The notes: a model not told the origin generated them from the sequence alone. A stretch of DNA of 33,822 bases from a virus (IMGVR_UViG_3300030392_001439:1-33822), one strand, 5' to 3'. Shown: positions 1 to 9,251, numbered from the stretch's first letter. Numbers and translations are program-made.

Positions 1-2
1 TT

Positions 3-683
3 AGCAAAACAATTAATTTACCTAATGACTATCCCTATGAAGATTTTAAAACCGTGTACAAAAAGGCGTGGGAAAATGGCATTAAGGGGTTTACTACTTA
101 TCGTGCAGGTACGATGACCTCTGTGTTGGCCAAAGAATCCTCTCTCAAAGACGACCAAGACCATATCATTAAAACTGACTCCCCCGAAAGACCCTCGGAG
201 CTACCGTGCGATGTTCACCATATCAAAGTCAAAGGAGAGTCCTATTTTGTTTTAGTAGGAGTTTATAACGAAGATCCTTACGAGGTCTTTGCTGGAAAAA
301 ATGGGTTCATTGACAAAAAAGTTAAAGCTGGTATAATCATCAAGAAGAAACGGCCAAAAGGCATGTATAAAGCCGTGCTAGAAGATGATTCAGAGATTTC
401 TCCAATTAATGCAACGTGTAGTGAAGAAGAGGACGCTTTAACAAGAATGACCTCAACCGCACTACGTCACGGAGCCGATATACACTATGTAGTGCAGCAG
501 CTTGAAAAAGTCAAGGGCGATATGACGAGCTTTGCCAAAAGTATGTCCAGGGCATTGAAAAAATATATCCCCAACGGTAAAAAGGAAGAAGGGGAATGTC
601 CAGAATGTGATGCGCCGGACGCCTTAATCCGCCAGGAGGGCTGTATTACCTGCACCCAATGCGGCTATTCAAAATGCATCTAA
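3..683 (+). CDS. nrdJ: Class II (AdoCbl-dependent) ribonucleotide reductase, C-terminal part (5' truncated by window)
   Basis: Frame is open from nt 3: SKTINLP...YKKAWENGIKGFTTYRAG (RNR C-terminal motif), then a TSCPD-like segment (ALRHGADIHYVVQQL) and a terminal Zn-ribbon/Cys tail CPEC...EGCITCTQCGYSKC typical of NrdJ. Confidence 0.88.
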   Translation, partial: SKTINLPNDYPYEDFKTVYKKAWENGIKGFTTYRAGTMTSVLAKESSLKDDQDHIIKTDSPERPSELPCDVHHIKVKGESYFVLVGVYNEDPYEVFAGKNGFIDKKVKAGIIIKKKRPKGMYKAVLEDDSEISPINATCSEEEDALTRMTSTALRHGADIHYVVQQLEKVKGDMTSFAKSMSRALKKYIPNGKKEEGECPECDAPDALIRQEGCITCTQCGYSKCI

Positions 684-997
684 AACTTTTATGTTATTAT
701 ATTTTGTTTATTATTTTTGTATCAGTCGTAGACATCTATTGGCTAATACAAAATCAATCTATTATTAGTAAAATTGAGTTAAACCCTGTAGGGCAGTTCC
801 TTATACTAATTGACGGTGGAAAGGTAGACTTGTTTATAATTTGTAAAATAATAGGGACATCAATATGTATCGGAGTACTCTATAATATCTTTAAAGTAAA
901 TAAAACAAAAGGATTAATCATCGCTGGAGCTATTGCTGCCTTCCAGTTGTTTCTTTTACTTTTTTTATACTTTGGTCACCTGTGTATCTACATATGA
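659..997 (+). CDS. Small membrane protein (DUF5658-like)
   Basis: Three hydrophobic segments with an ELNP motif; true start may be ATG at 674. Confidence 0.5.
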   Translation: MRLFKMHLKLLCYYILFIIFVSVVDIYWLIQNQSIISKIELNPVGQFLILIDGGKVDLFIICKIIGTSICIGVLYNIFKVNKTKGLIIAGAIAAFQLFLLLFLYFGHLCIYI

Positions 998-1215
998 TAA
1001 AAGATAATAAGTGCGACAACTGTGGTATAATTATAGAGAACGGAGAAAAGGTGGTTGCTATTATTCCTGAAGTGGAAGTAACCAACCGGAGACTAAAAAA
1101 ATCAAACGAGATCAGACTTAAGTTATCGTACAAGTCACTTAAGACTAGGTCTATCAAAATCTATTGCAAAGAGTGTTTAAAACTTTCAGATTATCTAGAG
1201 GATCAAAATGCCTGA
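982..1215 (+). CDS. Small Zn-finger protein
   Basis: CDNC...CKEC pairs; overlaps neighbours in phage-like packing; likely start at 994. Confidence 0.6.
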   Translation: MYLHMIKDNKCDNCGIIIENGEKVVAIIPEVEVTNRRLKKSNEIRLKLSYKSLKTRSIKIYCKECLKLSDYLEDQNA

Positions 1216-1591
1216 ATATACATATGAATGCGAGGCGTGCGAAGTATTTTTTTCTGAGGTGTTTACTAGAGAAGAGTATGATAAGAAAGGAAATAAAGTT
1301 CGGTGCCCTGAATGCAATAAAGCAAAGAAGGTTTGTCGAAGCTATGTAGATGATAATATCCAAACAAATGTTTCTTTTGCATTGTCAGAATGTAAAACGT
1401 TGGGACATTATGCAGAAAAACAAACTGCTAAATATGGAAAATATCAAGTAGAAGATATGGTAGCTGATTTTAAAACCAAAAAAACAGAGCCCTCGAAGCA
1501 ACTCCCAGAAGGGATGAGTCGTATGGAGAAACCTAAAGAGTCTACTTCGTGGACCCCTCAGACTAAGAAAAAAAGAAAGGTAAATAGATGA
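1208..1591 (+). CDS. FmdB-family zinc-ribbon protein
   Basis: N-terminal MPEYTYECEAC...CPEC signature. Confidence 0.75.
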   Translation: MPEYTYECEACEVFFSEVFTREEYDKKGNKVRCPECNKAKKVCRSYVDDNIQTNVSFALSECKTLGHYAEKQTAKYGKYQVEDMVADFKTKKTEPSKQLPEGMSRMEKPKESTSWTPQTKKKRKVNR

Positions 1592-2007
1592 CAATCCATA
1601 AAATACGAGCAGGCGAAAGCCAAGAAAACCCGTCTGGTCCACCCAGAGTAGTTATAGCATATACTGTGACGGGTAAGGAAGACTATGTAGATGGTTCAGG
1701 ATATCCTGTAGTCGACATTGCTAACGACATGCTTCCACTAGCAGAAATAGAAGAGAGGACAGATACATACGCGGCTCGCGTTGTTGTAGGAAAAACTACG
1801 AAGCATTATATTAAGAAAGGCAAGCACGGCAGACTTTTTAATCCTATTGGACTCTATAGCGAAGGCAATGCAAAAAAAAGAATGCAACATGCTGGTAAAA
1901 TGGAATGGACATTGCAGTCTGTTACTCCAAGGGCATTTAATTTTTATCTTAATTTTTTGAGAACTAAAAACGAAGCATACTTAAACAATGCGGAAAGGGA
2001 AGTGTAA
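1588..2007 (+). CDS. Hypothetical protein
   Basis: 139 aa ORF coupled to both neighbours by ATGA/TAATG overlaps. Confidence 0.65.
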   Translation: MTIHKIRAGESQENPSGPPRVVIAYTVTGKEDYVDGSGYPVVDIANDMLPLAEIEERTDTYAARVVVGKTTKHYIKKGKHGRLFNPIGLYSEGNAKKRMQHAGKMEWTLQSVTPRAFNFYLNFLRTKNEAYLNNAEREV

Positions 2008-2312
2008 TGAAAAAGGGTAAACTAACACAAATAGAAATCGCGTGTATTAGAGGAATGTTGGCTAATGATATTGAAGTTGAAGTTATGGCTAAACAACTCG
2101 ATAGATCTCAAGAAGTAGTTCAGAAGGCGCTAGAATCTATTGAAGCCGAAATTAAAAGAGATCAATTAATCATTAACAAATCTGCCAAGGGTCAAAAAGG
2201 GCTTGCTATTATGACCCCTGAGGCTTCAATGAGAATAGATGACACTAGAGAAAATCGCCAACCCGAAACCCCTTCTAAAATTCAAAGGTCCATTCATACC
2301 ATACATGGCTGA
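2007..2312 (+). CDS. Hypothetical protein, possible N-terminal HTH
   Basis: LTQIE...VEVMAKQLDRSQEVV resembles a helix-turn-helix; TAATG coupling. Confidence 0.55.
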   Translation: MKKGKLTQIEIACIRGMLANDIEVEVMAKQLDRSQEVVQKALESIEAEIKRDQLIINKSAKGQKGLAIMTPEASMRIDDTRENRQPETPSKIQRSIHTIHG

Positions 2313-2736
2313 AAATCGATCAGACAAGAGCAGCTACCCGTCTCGTTACTCGCCTAGCGGATGGGTATCAGCTTATCAATATGTCACGGAACTAATTTGT
2401 GAGAAAAGTGCTAAACAAAAGCACAAGGAACTTCCTGTTCAGTTTTGGGAGTTGCCCGAATGGGAAAAGTTTTTTAAGAACCAAATCATAACTGCCGTAC
2501 AGTTAGTGAAGAAGTATGGGGCAACAGCAGTTATTAACGGCCTTAATGATCGGCGAGCGTTTAAAACATATTCTCTAAGATCTCCGGTTCTTAAACAAAT
2601 TATAACTGAATATAAAAAGAAGGAGGAGATGCCAAAAGAGAAAAAGGATATCTCTTATGATTTTAAAGATAAGAAAAAATTTGCAGATAACAACGAAAAG
2701 AAATCTATTATTAGTAAACTGAGGGATTTAGAATGA
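2305..2736 (+). CDS. Hypothetical protein
   Basis: ORF 2239..2736; ATG at 2305 (MAENRS) overlapping the upstream stop is the more plausible start. Confidence 0.6.
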   Translation: MAENRSDKSSYPSRYSPSGWVSAYQYVTELICEKSAKQKHKELPVQFWELPEWEKFFKNQIITAVQLVKKYGATAVINGLNDRRAFKTYSLRSPVLKQIITEYKKKEEMPKEKKDISYDFKDKKKFADNNEKKSIISKLRDLE

Positions 2737-3716
2737 CTCAGGATTTAATTAAAGAGTATGGAGAAGTTATTCATGACGCCTCCTATATCACAGACAACGA
2801 AGCAGATGTTATTTCTGTAGGACCCAAGCTAGATATTGCATTAGGAGGAGGCGTTCCCGAGGGATCTTTGTTTATTATGACCGGGCCTGAAAAGGTTGGT
2901 AAAACAGTCACGGCCCTCACCTTTTGTAGTAACGCCCAAAAGCAAAAAAGAAAAATATATTATGGCAATATTGAGGGTCGTTTAAAACCTAGAGACCTAC
3001 ACGGGATCACCGACCTGGACCAGGACAAAGCAGCTTTAATACTTATTGGATCTTCCCAGGGGAATATTTTATCTGCCGAAGGTTATTTGAGTATTTTTGA
3101 TCGTATAATTCATACAGAGCCTAATACGGTATGCGTTGTTGATTCTTTCTCTGCATTGTCTAGTGACGCAGAGCTAAAAGGAGATCTAACTGATACGCAG
3201 GTAATGAGTGTACAAAAGACATTGTCAAAATGGTGCAGAAAAATCTCTAATGTTCTTCCTATTAATAAAGTTACTGTTGTAGGAATTACACACTTGATGG
3301 CTAACGTATCATCGTTTGGAAGAGGAAAAAGTAAAGTAGAAAAATCTGGAAGTGCATTGAAGTATCAAACAGATGTTAAACTTTACGCAACACACTCGCA
3401 GGCGCTGATGCAGAACGATACTCAGATCGGCCAAACTATTCATTGGAAAATTGAAACTTCTGCTATAGGTCCGCCTGGACAAAAAGTCGAGAGTCATATA
3501 AAATATGGTAGAGGCATTTGGAAAGAGATGGAACTGGCGGACTTGATGGTTGACTTTGGAATTGCTTCTAAGGCGGGGGCCTGGATTAAATTACCCAATG
3601 GAGAAAAGGTCCAAGGTAAAAACAATCTAGCCAAATTCTTAGAGGAAAATCCTGATCAGTATGAAGAATTTGAAAAAGAAGTCTTTGACACTGTAGGAAT
3701 AGAAAGAAATAATTAG
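2733..3716 (+). CDS. recA: RecA/UvsX-like recombinase
   Basis: LDIALGGGVPEG, Walker A GPEKVGKT, Walker B VVDSFSAL, GSALKY, KAGAW C-terminal motif. Confidence 0.9.
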   Translation: MTQDLIKEYGEVIHDASYITDNEADVISVGPKLDIALGGGVPEGSLFIMTGPEKVGKTVTALTFCSNAQKQKRKIYYGNIEGRLKPRDLHGITDLDQDKAALILIGSSQGNILSAEGYLSIFDRIIHTEPNTVCVVDSFSALSSDAELKGDLTDTQVMSVQKTLSKWCRKISNVLPINKVTVVGITHLMANVSSFGRGKSKVEKSGSALKYQTDVKLYATHSQALMQNDTQIGQTIHWKIETSAIGPPGQKVESHIKYGRGIWKEMELADLMVDFGIASKAGAWIKLPNGEKVQGKNNLAKFLEENPDQYEEFEKEVFDTVGIERNN

Positions 3717-3780
3717 GAGTTGTTGGGATTTACAGTGTCATCCCGTTCAGTCGGGATTTACTTCATCATCCCAAAGCTCC
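3716..3780 (+). ncRNA. 65-nt dual-variable-loop hairpin H1 (variable 5-mers CAGTG / CTTCA)
   Basis: GGAGTT-G-TT-GGGAT TTA-N5-TC ATCCCG-TTCAGT-CGGGAT TTA-N5-TC ATCCC-AA-AGCTCC; outer stem includes a G-U pair on the + strand. Confidence 0.7.
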
Positions 3781-3790
3781 TTGAAAATAC

Positions 3791-3855
3791 GCGGCGGTTG
3801 GGATTTATCCAGTCATCCCGTTTAGTCGGGATTTAGCTCTTCATCCCAACGTCGC
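3791..3855 (+). ncRNA. 65-nt dual-variable-loop hairpin H2 (TCCAG / GCTCT), followed by T5
   Basis: Same scaffold as H1 with a different but still pairing outer stem GCGGCG/CGTCGC; apical loop TTTAGT. Confidence 0.7.
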
Positions 3856-3876
3856 TTTTTAAAACAGAGAATTGTA

Positions 3877-4293
3877 ATGAAAGTAATAGACTTGGACGGC
3901 ACCGTCAGCCACTGGAAATTAACTGGCGAAGTTGTACGAGGTAGGGATAGCAGGAAAAGATCACAACTTCATCTTAAAGCACGCGCTCTCTTAAAAGAAT
4001 TGTATCCAGCGCTACAAATTATCGAAGAAATTCCTATTCAATTAAAAAGAAGCCAGCGTGCTTCACTAGACTTTTATATTAATACAATTAAAACTGTTAT
4101 AGAAGTTCATGGAGAGCAACATTATAAGTTTAATACTTTTTATCATAGCTCCAGACAAGATTTTATTAATCAGAAGAAAAGAGATAATGATTTAAAAGAG
4201 TGGTGCGAAATTAATAATATGACCTACGTGGAATTACCCTTCGATGAAGGTGAGGAACAATGGAAAAATCGGATTACGCATCAGAGCGACTAG
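3877..4293 (+). CDS. PD-(D/E)XK nuclease of Vsr/DUF559 type
   Basis: EEIPI...LDFYI...VIEVHGEQHY...KRDNDLKEWC pattern. Confidence 0.7.
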   Translation: MKVIDLDGTVSHWKLTGEVVRGRDSRKRSQLHLKARALLKELYPALQIIEEIPIQLKRSQRASLDFYINTIKTVIEVHGEQHYKFNTFYHSSRQDFINQKKRDNDLKEWCEINNMTYVELPFDEGEEQWKNRITHQSD

Positions 4294-4748
4294 AAAAAGT
4301 TGATGCTGTATTAGATGAGTATGAAGAGAGCATTGGGCTTCCTAAGTTTAGTCCTAGTTTTCATGATGATAGTGCAAAGAAATATTTACAATTGTCACGT
4401 ACTCAAATTGAAAAGCTAAGTCCTAACGAATGTGCGGAAGCTTGTATTTTATTAACCTCTCTTGCATTTCATGTGCAAAGGTCGTATAATAGAGAGGTAG
4501 CACGAGTTAACTGGGCTAATCAAACGCTTAAGAGCACGGTAGCAGGACGCGAACAAGCATATAAAGGCTCCTGGGAAAGCCAGTTTAATCAAGCTGTTAA
4601 AGAGGATGGATATACTTCAAAGATTGACGACATCAAAAGGTATGCTCAACAGAGAGCAGATAGAATAAACTATTTATCTTCTTCTATAAAAAATATGAGT
4701 GATCTTTATTTAAACATTCAAAAAACAAAGGTGTTTAATAATGAGTAA
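4260..4748 (+). CDS. Helical/coiled-coil hypothetical protein (possibly UvsY-like recombination mediator)
   Basis: All-helical composition, located near recA and dnaB; UvsY assignment is context-based only. Confidence 0.45.
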   Translation: MEKSDYASERLEKVDAVLDEYEESIGLPKFSPSFHDDSAKKYLQLSRTQIEKLSPNECAEACILLTSLAFHVQRSYNREVARVNWANQTLKSTVAGREQAYKGSWESQFNQAVKEDGYTSKIDDIKRYAQQRADRINYLSSSIKNMSDLYLNIQKTKVFNNE

Positions 4749-5151
4749 AAGAAAAGAATTAGTAGATCTTCTAGATTCATTATCTGATGATGAAGTAGAA
4801 GCATTTGAAGGGCTCTTAAAAAAAGCTATTAAAACTCATCCTAAAAAAAGAAGAAGGGGACGTGGACGCAGAAAGAAAAAAGTACAAGAAGCTCCTCCCG
4901 CAAAAGAAGATGATTTTCTTGATGGTGTCAAGTTAAGCTCAGCTGAAAAGACGGAACTTAAAGAGGCTCAAAAGTTTGATAAAGAGATGGGGGTTTATAG
5001 AACAAAGGAGCGGATGCCTAGCCGTACTAGAAATTCTAAAGTAGAAGCCATATGTAGAGTGTGTGGAAAAACACAAAACGTATCTCCACTTGTAATCCCT
5101 CCCGAAAGGGATAGATTTAAATGTAACGACTGTGCCTGTAAAGCAGGTTAA
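4741..5151 (+). CDS. Hypothetical protein with basic tract and C-terminal Zn ribbon
   Basis: KKRRRGRGRRKKK tract; CRVC...CNDC. Confidence 0.65.
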   Translation: MSKRKELVDLLDSLSDDEVEAFEGLLKKAIKTHPKKRRRGRGRRKKKVQEAPPAKEDDFLDGVKLSSAEKTELKEAQKFDKEMGVYRTKERMPSRTRNSKVEAICRVCGKTQNVSPLVIPPERDRFKCNDCACKAG

Positions 5152-5201
5152 AAGTGGTCGTTAGACTGAGTTGCCGAAAAAATTTTTTTAAAGGAAATGC
5201 A

Positions 5202-5597
5202 ATGAAGAAACAAATATTTAGTTACGTAACTTTCTGTAGTATGCTGTTGGCGATGGCCGTGGTAGGATATTATTTGGGAATGAAAGATGGAGAAGAAAAA
5301 GCTGTTCACACCAAGGCAGAAATTTCTGCTATTTATAGTCTCATGGAGGGGATATCTGTTGGTATTAGAACTAATATGAACTTGGCTGCCCAAACAGCCC
5401 ATTATATTAAACATAGCCCTCCTCCTGCTCAGGGAGGGTTCACGGTGGCAGAATGTGCAGAATGTTTGAAGGTTTATGAACTGTATGTAAAGAGAATGCC
5501 AAAACAACCGGGATACAACGGCTGGTATTTTGAAGAATTTTACAAAAAGCCTATTGAAAATTTAGCAAAACAGCTTCGGGACGAAGAAAAGGAATAG
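5202..5597 (+). CDS. Membrane-anchored hypothetical protein
   Basis: AAGGA Shine-Dalgarno before ATG 5202; N-terminal hydrophobic helix; CAEC motif. Confidence 0.55.
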   Translation: MKKQIFSYVTFCSMLLAMAVVGYYLGMKDGEEKAVHTKAEISAIYSLMEGISVGIRTNMNLAAQTAHYIKHSPPPAQGGFTVAECAECLKVYELYVKRMPKQPGYNGWYFEEFYKKPIENLAKQLRDEEKE

Positions 5598-5599
5598 TA

Positions 5600-7057
5600 A
5601 TGATTCTATCAGATGCCCCTGCTGAAAGAGCCATCCTTTCTGGGATCTGCCGATATGGCTCAGAAGCATACTATGAAGTAGCTACATTAATAACAGAACA
5701 ATCCTTTACCATAGAATCCAATCAGATTATATATGGATGCTTAAAACATATTCTAGAAGTAGATGAGAGCACTTCCATCGACCTACCGATCATCTTATCG
5801 GCTGCGAAAGAAATAGGAGTAGGGGATTTTTTAGTAGCCAAGGAAGAGGTGCAACACCTTTCTGCTATTATGAAATTTCCAGTACAACTTTCTAATGTAA
5901 GAAAGTTTGCTGTAAAATTAAAGAAGCTACAAATCGCCAGGGAAATGTATGACCAATTAGAAATTACTAAAGAAAAGTATTTAGAAGTCAAAGGCGACGA
6001 GCCGATAGGAGAAGTATTAGGAATTGCCGAAGAGTCTATCTTTGAATTTATTGAAAGATTAAGTGAAACAGACGACACTCCTCAGAAGGTATTTGCAGAT
6101 GTTAGCGATAGGCTTGAAGAATTAACTAAAAATCCTATAGAAATTGTAGGAGTTCCTACTGGCTTCAAGCGTTATGATTTTGCTATTGGAGGAGGCCTTA
6201 GAAAAGGTACTGTTAATGTTATTGGGGCACGACCCAAAACGGGAAAAACTTTATTTGCTGAAAATGCTGGCATTCATATTGCTAAACAAGGAGTTCCGGT
6301 TTTAAATCTCGACACCGAGATGACAAAGCAAGATCATCAAGACCGTGGTATGGCAATGTTAACAGATATTGGCATCAACGAAATTGAAACGGGGCAGTTT
6401 GTTGAAAGTAATTATAAACATACTAAATTAACGGAGATGGCCAAAAAGGTAAAGGATCTTCCATATTACCACAAATCCATTGGAGGGATGCCTCTTCCCG
6501 AACAACTCTCTATTATTAGAAGATGGTTAGCAAGAGAAGTGGGTATTAATGATCAAGGTAAAGCCAACAACTGTGTTATTATTTATGACTATTTAAAAAT
6601 CATGGACTCGGCAGAAATTAAAGGAGATATGAAAGAATATCAAGTATTGGGATTTCTCATGAGTTCCTTACATAACTTTGCTATTAAGTACGAGGTTCCT
6701 ATACTGGCGTTTGTACAGTTAAATAGAGATGGAATAACTAAAGAGTCAACTGATACTGCAAGCGGCTCCGATAGAATTATATGGTTGTGTAGTAACTTTA
6801 CTATCTACAAAAGAAAGTCGGATGAAGAAATTGCCAAGGATGGCCCAGAGAACGGCAACAGAAAACTTGTACCAGTGATCGCTAGACATGGGGAGGGTTT
6901 AGAGCCGACCGATTATATCAATGTAAATATGATAGGGAAGTATGGTAAATTAATAGAAGGCAAGACTGCTAAAGAACTAGAGAGTGGCGGCAGTGTTATC
7001 GAGGACGAAGAACAAGAAGAAAGCGTAATGTATAATGAAGACATCCCCTTCGTATAA
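5600..7057 (+). CDS. dnaB: Replicative DNA helicase DnaB
   Basis: AERAILSG N-terminus, GVPTGF, Walker A GARPKTGKT, DTEM, IYDYL, VQLNR, ARHG motifs. Confidence 0.93.
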   Translation: MILSDAPAERAILSGICRYGSEAYYEVATLITEQSFTIESNQIIYGCLKHILEVDESTSIDLPIILSAAKEIGVGDFLVAKEEVQHLSAIMKFPVQLSNVRKFAVKLKKLQIAREMYDQLEITKEKYLEVKGDEPIGEVLGIAEESIFEFIERLSETDDTPQKVFADVSDRLEELTKNPIEIVGVPTGFKRYDFAIGGGLRKGTVNVIGARPKTGKTLFAENAGIHIAKQGVPVLNLDTEMTKQDHQDRGMAMLTDIGINEIETGQFVESNYKHTKLTEMAKKVKDLPYYHKSIGGMPLPEQLSIIRRWLAREVGINDQGKANNCVIIYDYLKIMDSAEIKGDMKEYQVLGFLMSSLHNFAIKYEVPILAFVQLNRDGITKESTDTASGSDRIIWLCSNFTIYKRKSDEEIAKDGPENGNRKLVPVIARHGEGLEPTDYINVNMIGKYGKLIEGKTAKELESGGSVIEDEEQEESVMYNEDIPFV

Positions 7058-8186
7058 ATATAACGAGCAAAGCAAGCTGAATCATCTCAGTAGAATAGCA
7101 GTAGAATATATAGATCAAATCTATGACTACTTCGGAGTTGAGTATTCTTACAAAAATAATATAGTAGTTAAATCAGAATGTTTCATTCATGGAGGAGACA
7201 ATGATACAGCCTTAAACGTATATCCAAACGGAGACTTTTGCGTACATTATAAATGTAGAACTCACCAATGTGAAGATCATTTTGGCACTTCTTTCATCAG
7301 TCTAATTAGAGGTGCTTTATCCCGCTTTAAATATAAATGGAAAAAAATAGGAGATCGGGAGGCATCCTTTAATGAGTCTGTAGAGTTTTTATTAAATTTT
7401 ACCAAACAAAACTTTGACTCTTTGGAAAAAAATAATATTTCTGGGGTCGAAAAACTAAAGTTTTGTGGTATGATTAATAAGTTCGATAAGCCTAATGTAA
7501 GCGTTAGCAAACGCATTAGCAGAGACTTTTATAGGACTAATGTTGAAATCCCTTCACAGTATTATCTTAAAAGAGGATATTCAATAGAAGTCTTAGATAA
7601 GTATGATGTTGGAACCTGTAAGAAAGTGGGGAAATTCCTTTACAATCGAGCAGTAGTGCCAATATATGATGAAAGCTATGAGTATATTTTAGGCTTTACA
7701 GGACGAAGCATTTTTCCAGCATGTGGAGAATGTAAAAACTACCATAACCCAGACAAGGCGTGTTCTGTTTTTCCAAAATGGAAGCACACTGCTGGGTTCA
7801 ATAAACAAAACTGTTTGTATAATTATTGGTATGCGAAACAGTCTATTTTAGAATCTAATGTAATCATCCTTGTAGAATCACCAGGAAATGTATGGAGGTT
7901 AGAAGAAGCTGGCATTCATAACTCAGTAGCTATTTTCGGAGCAGTACTAAACGACAATCAAAAGAAATTGATCGACGAGTCAGGAGCAATGTCAATTGTA
8001 TGCTTACTTGACAATGACGAGGCCGGTCGGAAAGGAATGCAAAAAATACAAGAGCAATGTTCTAAAATGTATCGCCTCTATTTTCCCAATATTGATACTA
8101 ATGATGTTGGGGATATGAAGATTGATAAAGTTACCTCGGATATTAAACCCTTAATTACTACAGTTGAAGGAGTCTACAATGGCTAA
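7035..8186 (+). CDS. dnaG: DnaG-like primase (Zn-binding domain + TOPRIM)
   Basis: CFIH...CRTHQC Zn domain, YYLKRG, RAVVPI...GFTGR, TOPRIM ILVES...DNDEAG; directly after dnaB. Confidence 0.82.
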   Translation: MKTSPSYKYNEQSKLNHLSRIAVEYIDQIYDYFGVEYSYKNNIVVKSECFIHGGDNDTALNVYPNGDFCVHYKCRTHQCEDHFGTSFISLIRGALSRFKYKWKKIGDREASFNESVEFLLNFTKQNFDSLEKNNISGVEKLKFCGMINKFDKPNVSVSKRISRDFYRTNVEIPSQYYLKRGYSIEVLDKYDVGTCKKVGKFLYNRAVVPIYDESYEYILGFTGRSIFPACGECKNYHNPDKACSVFPKWKHTAGFNKQNCLYNYWYAKQSILESNVIILVESPGNVWRLEEAGIHNSVAIFGAVLNDNQKKLIDESGAMSIVCLLDNDEAGRKGMQKIQEQCSKMYRLYFPNIDTNDVGDMKIDKVTSDIKPLITTVEGVYNG

Positions 8187-8442
8187 AACATCCATAGAAG
8201 AACCCGTTGTTGAGCAACCCGTTGGCATTCCGTTTGAACAGTTTACTATTGATGCTGTCAACACCCACTTTGCTGCTCAAAAAAGTCGTGCTGTTGCTAA
8301 TTTAAATAATTATATTTTTAAGTCGGCAGGCATTGCCGAACACCCCGACGCCGTTGGAGAAGTCATTAAACTTATTGAAGATATATCCCACGCAGACGGT
8401 TGCCTCAACACAGTGACCACTCTGTTTAATCCAGGAGCATAA
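8179..8442 (+). CDS. Hypothetical protein
   Basis: AAGGAG Shine-Dalgarno before ATG 8179; 87 aa. Confidence 0.6.
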   Translation: MAKTSIEEPVVEQPVGIPFEQFTIDAVNTHFAAQKSRAVANLNNYIFKSAGIAEHPDAVGEVIKLIEDISHADGCLNTVTTLFNPGA

Positions 8443-8447
8443 CAATA

Positions 8448-9251
8448 ATGACTCAGATCATAGGATTTGCAGGCAAAAAACAAAGCGGGAAAAACACTGC
8501 CTGTAACTTTATATTAGCTGTAAAGTTGGCACAAGCGGGCATCTGTAAAACCTCACGCTTAACCAAAAACGGCGAAATAGAAGTTACAGATATTTTAGGA
8601 GAAAAACCTGCGGATATGGAATGGGTTCCTTTTAAAGAACCTCACGTTGATGTGGAAAGCCTTTTTGAAAACGAACTTAAAGATTATATTCAACTCTACG
8701 CATTGGCAGATTCCCTTAAACAAATGTCTATTGATATCTTGGGTCTTAAACCTCAACAGGTTTTTGGTACAGATAAGCAGAAAAATAGCTTAACAGATAT
8801 GAAATGGGAAGATATGCCAGGAGATGAAACTAAAAATAATAAATCCGGCAAGATGACTGCAAGAGAAGTGCTTCAGTATGTAGGTACTGATATTTTCCGT
8901 AAATTTTATGCCAATGTATGGCTGGATAGCTGCCTACGTAAAATTGAGTCTGATTCTCCTGATATTGCTTTAGTATCAGATGTAAGGTTTGAAAACGAGA
9001 TAAAGGGAATTCAAAAAAAGAATGGTTTTGTGGTAGGCCTCAAGCGTGACCCTTACAAAAAAGGAGACAAGCACGCTAGCGAAGTAGCAATTGAAAAATG
9101 TTTTGATCTGTGTGATACTGTTATTGATAATAGTAACTTAACTATTCCAGAACAAAACGAACAAATTTACAACGCTCTTACAAGAGTTTCTCAAATATCT
9201 CATAGTCAAATTTTTCCGTTTGTCACAGAAGAGGAAATAGCGAATGAGTAA
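8448..9251 (+). CDS. Deoxynucleoside monophosphate kinase (T4 gp1-like)
   Basis: IIGFAGKKQSGKNT P-loop, REVLQYVGTD, SDVRFENE, HASE motifs. Confidence 0.85.
   Translation: MTQIIGFAGKKQSGKNTACNFILAVKLAQAGICKTSRLTKNGEIEVTDILGEKPADMEWVPFKEPHVDVESLFENELKDYIQLYALADSLKQMSIDILGLKPQQVFGTDKQKNSLTDMKWEDMPGDETKNNKSGKMTAREVLQYVGTDIFRKFYANVWLDSCLRKIESDSPDIALVSDVRFENEIKGIQKKNGFVVGLKRDPYKKGDKHASEVAIEKCFDLCDTVIDNSNLTIPEQNEQIYNALTRVSQISHSQIFPFVTEEEIANE

Larger units (their letters stand above)
3716..3880 (+). repeat. 165-nt two-hairpin cassette, copy A (direct repeat of 26023..26187)
   Basis: Gapless alignment to copy B with 13 substitutions; both end in GCTTTTTAAAACAGAGAATTGTAATGA including the next gene's ATG. 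Confidence 0.95.

Noticed and set aside
3725-3772. Tandem palindromic DNA operators (GGGAT-N10-ATCCC, 28-bp period)
   Set aside because: Not excluded, but it does not explain the covarying outer stems, invariant bulged G, strand-specific G-U pairs or the dinucleotide complementarity between slots.
3808-3840. Complements of the H2 slots (CTGGA, AGAGC) resemble a tRNA-Arg D-loop segment CTGGATAGAGC recalled from memory
   Set aside because: Only one of five hairpins gives such a match and it cannot be verified here; likely chance.
3725-3847. CRISPR array interpretation of the GGGATTTA-N5-TCATCCC repeats
   Set aside because: Variable parts are only 5 nt, units come in pairs inside 65-nt hairpins, and there are no cas1/cas2 or effector genes in the window.
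3716-3855. Canonical TIGR array or IS110 element
   Set aside because: Slots are 5 nt rather than 9 nt, and no Nop-domain Tas protein or IS110 recombinase is recognisable in this window; kept only as an architectural analogy.
3716-3870. H/ACA-like guide RNA (hairpin-hinge-hairpin-ACA); ACA does follow H2, H3 and H5
   Set aside because: The pocket-to-ACA distance is far longer than the canonical ~14-16 nt, the ANANNA hinge is absent in copy B, and no Cbf5/TruB-like gene is visible.
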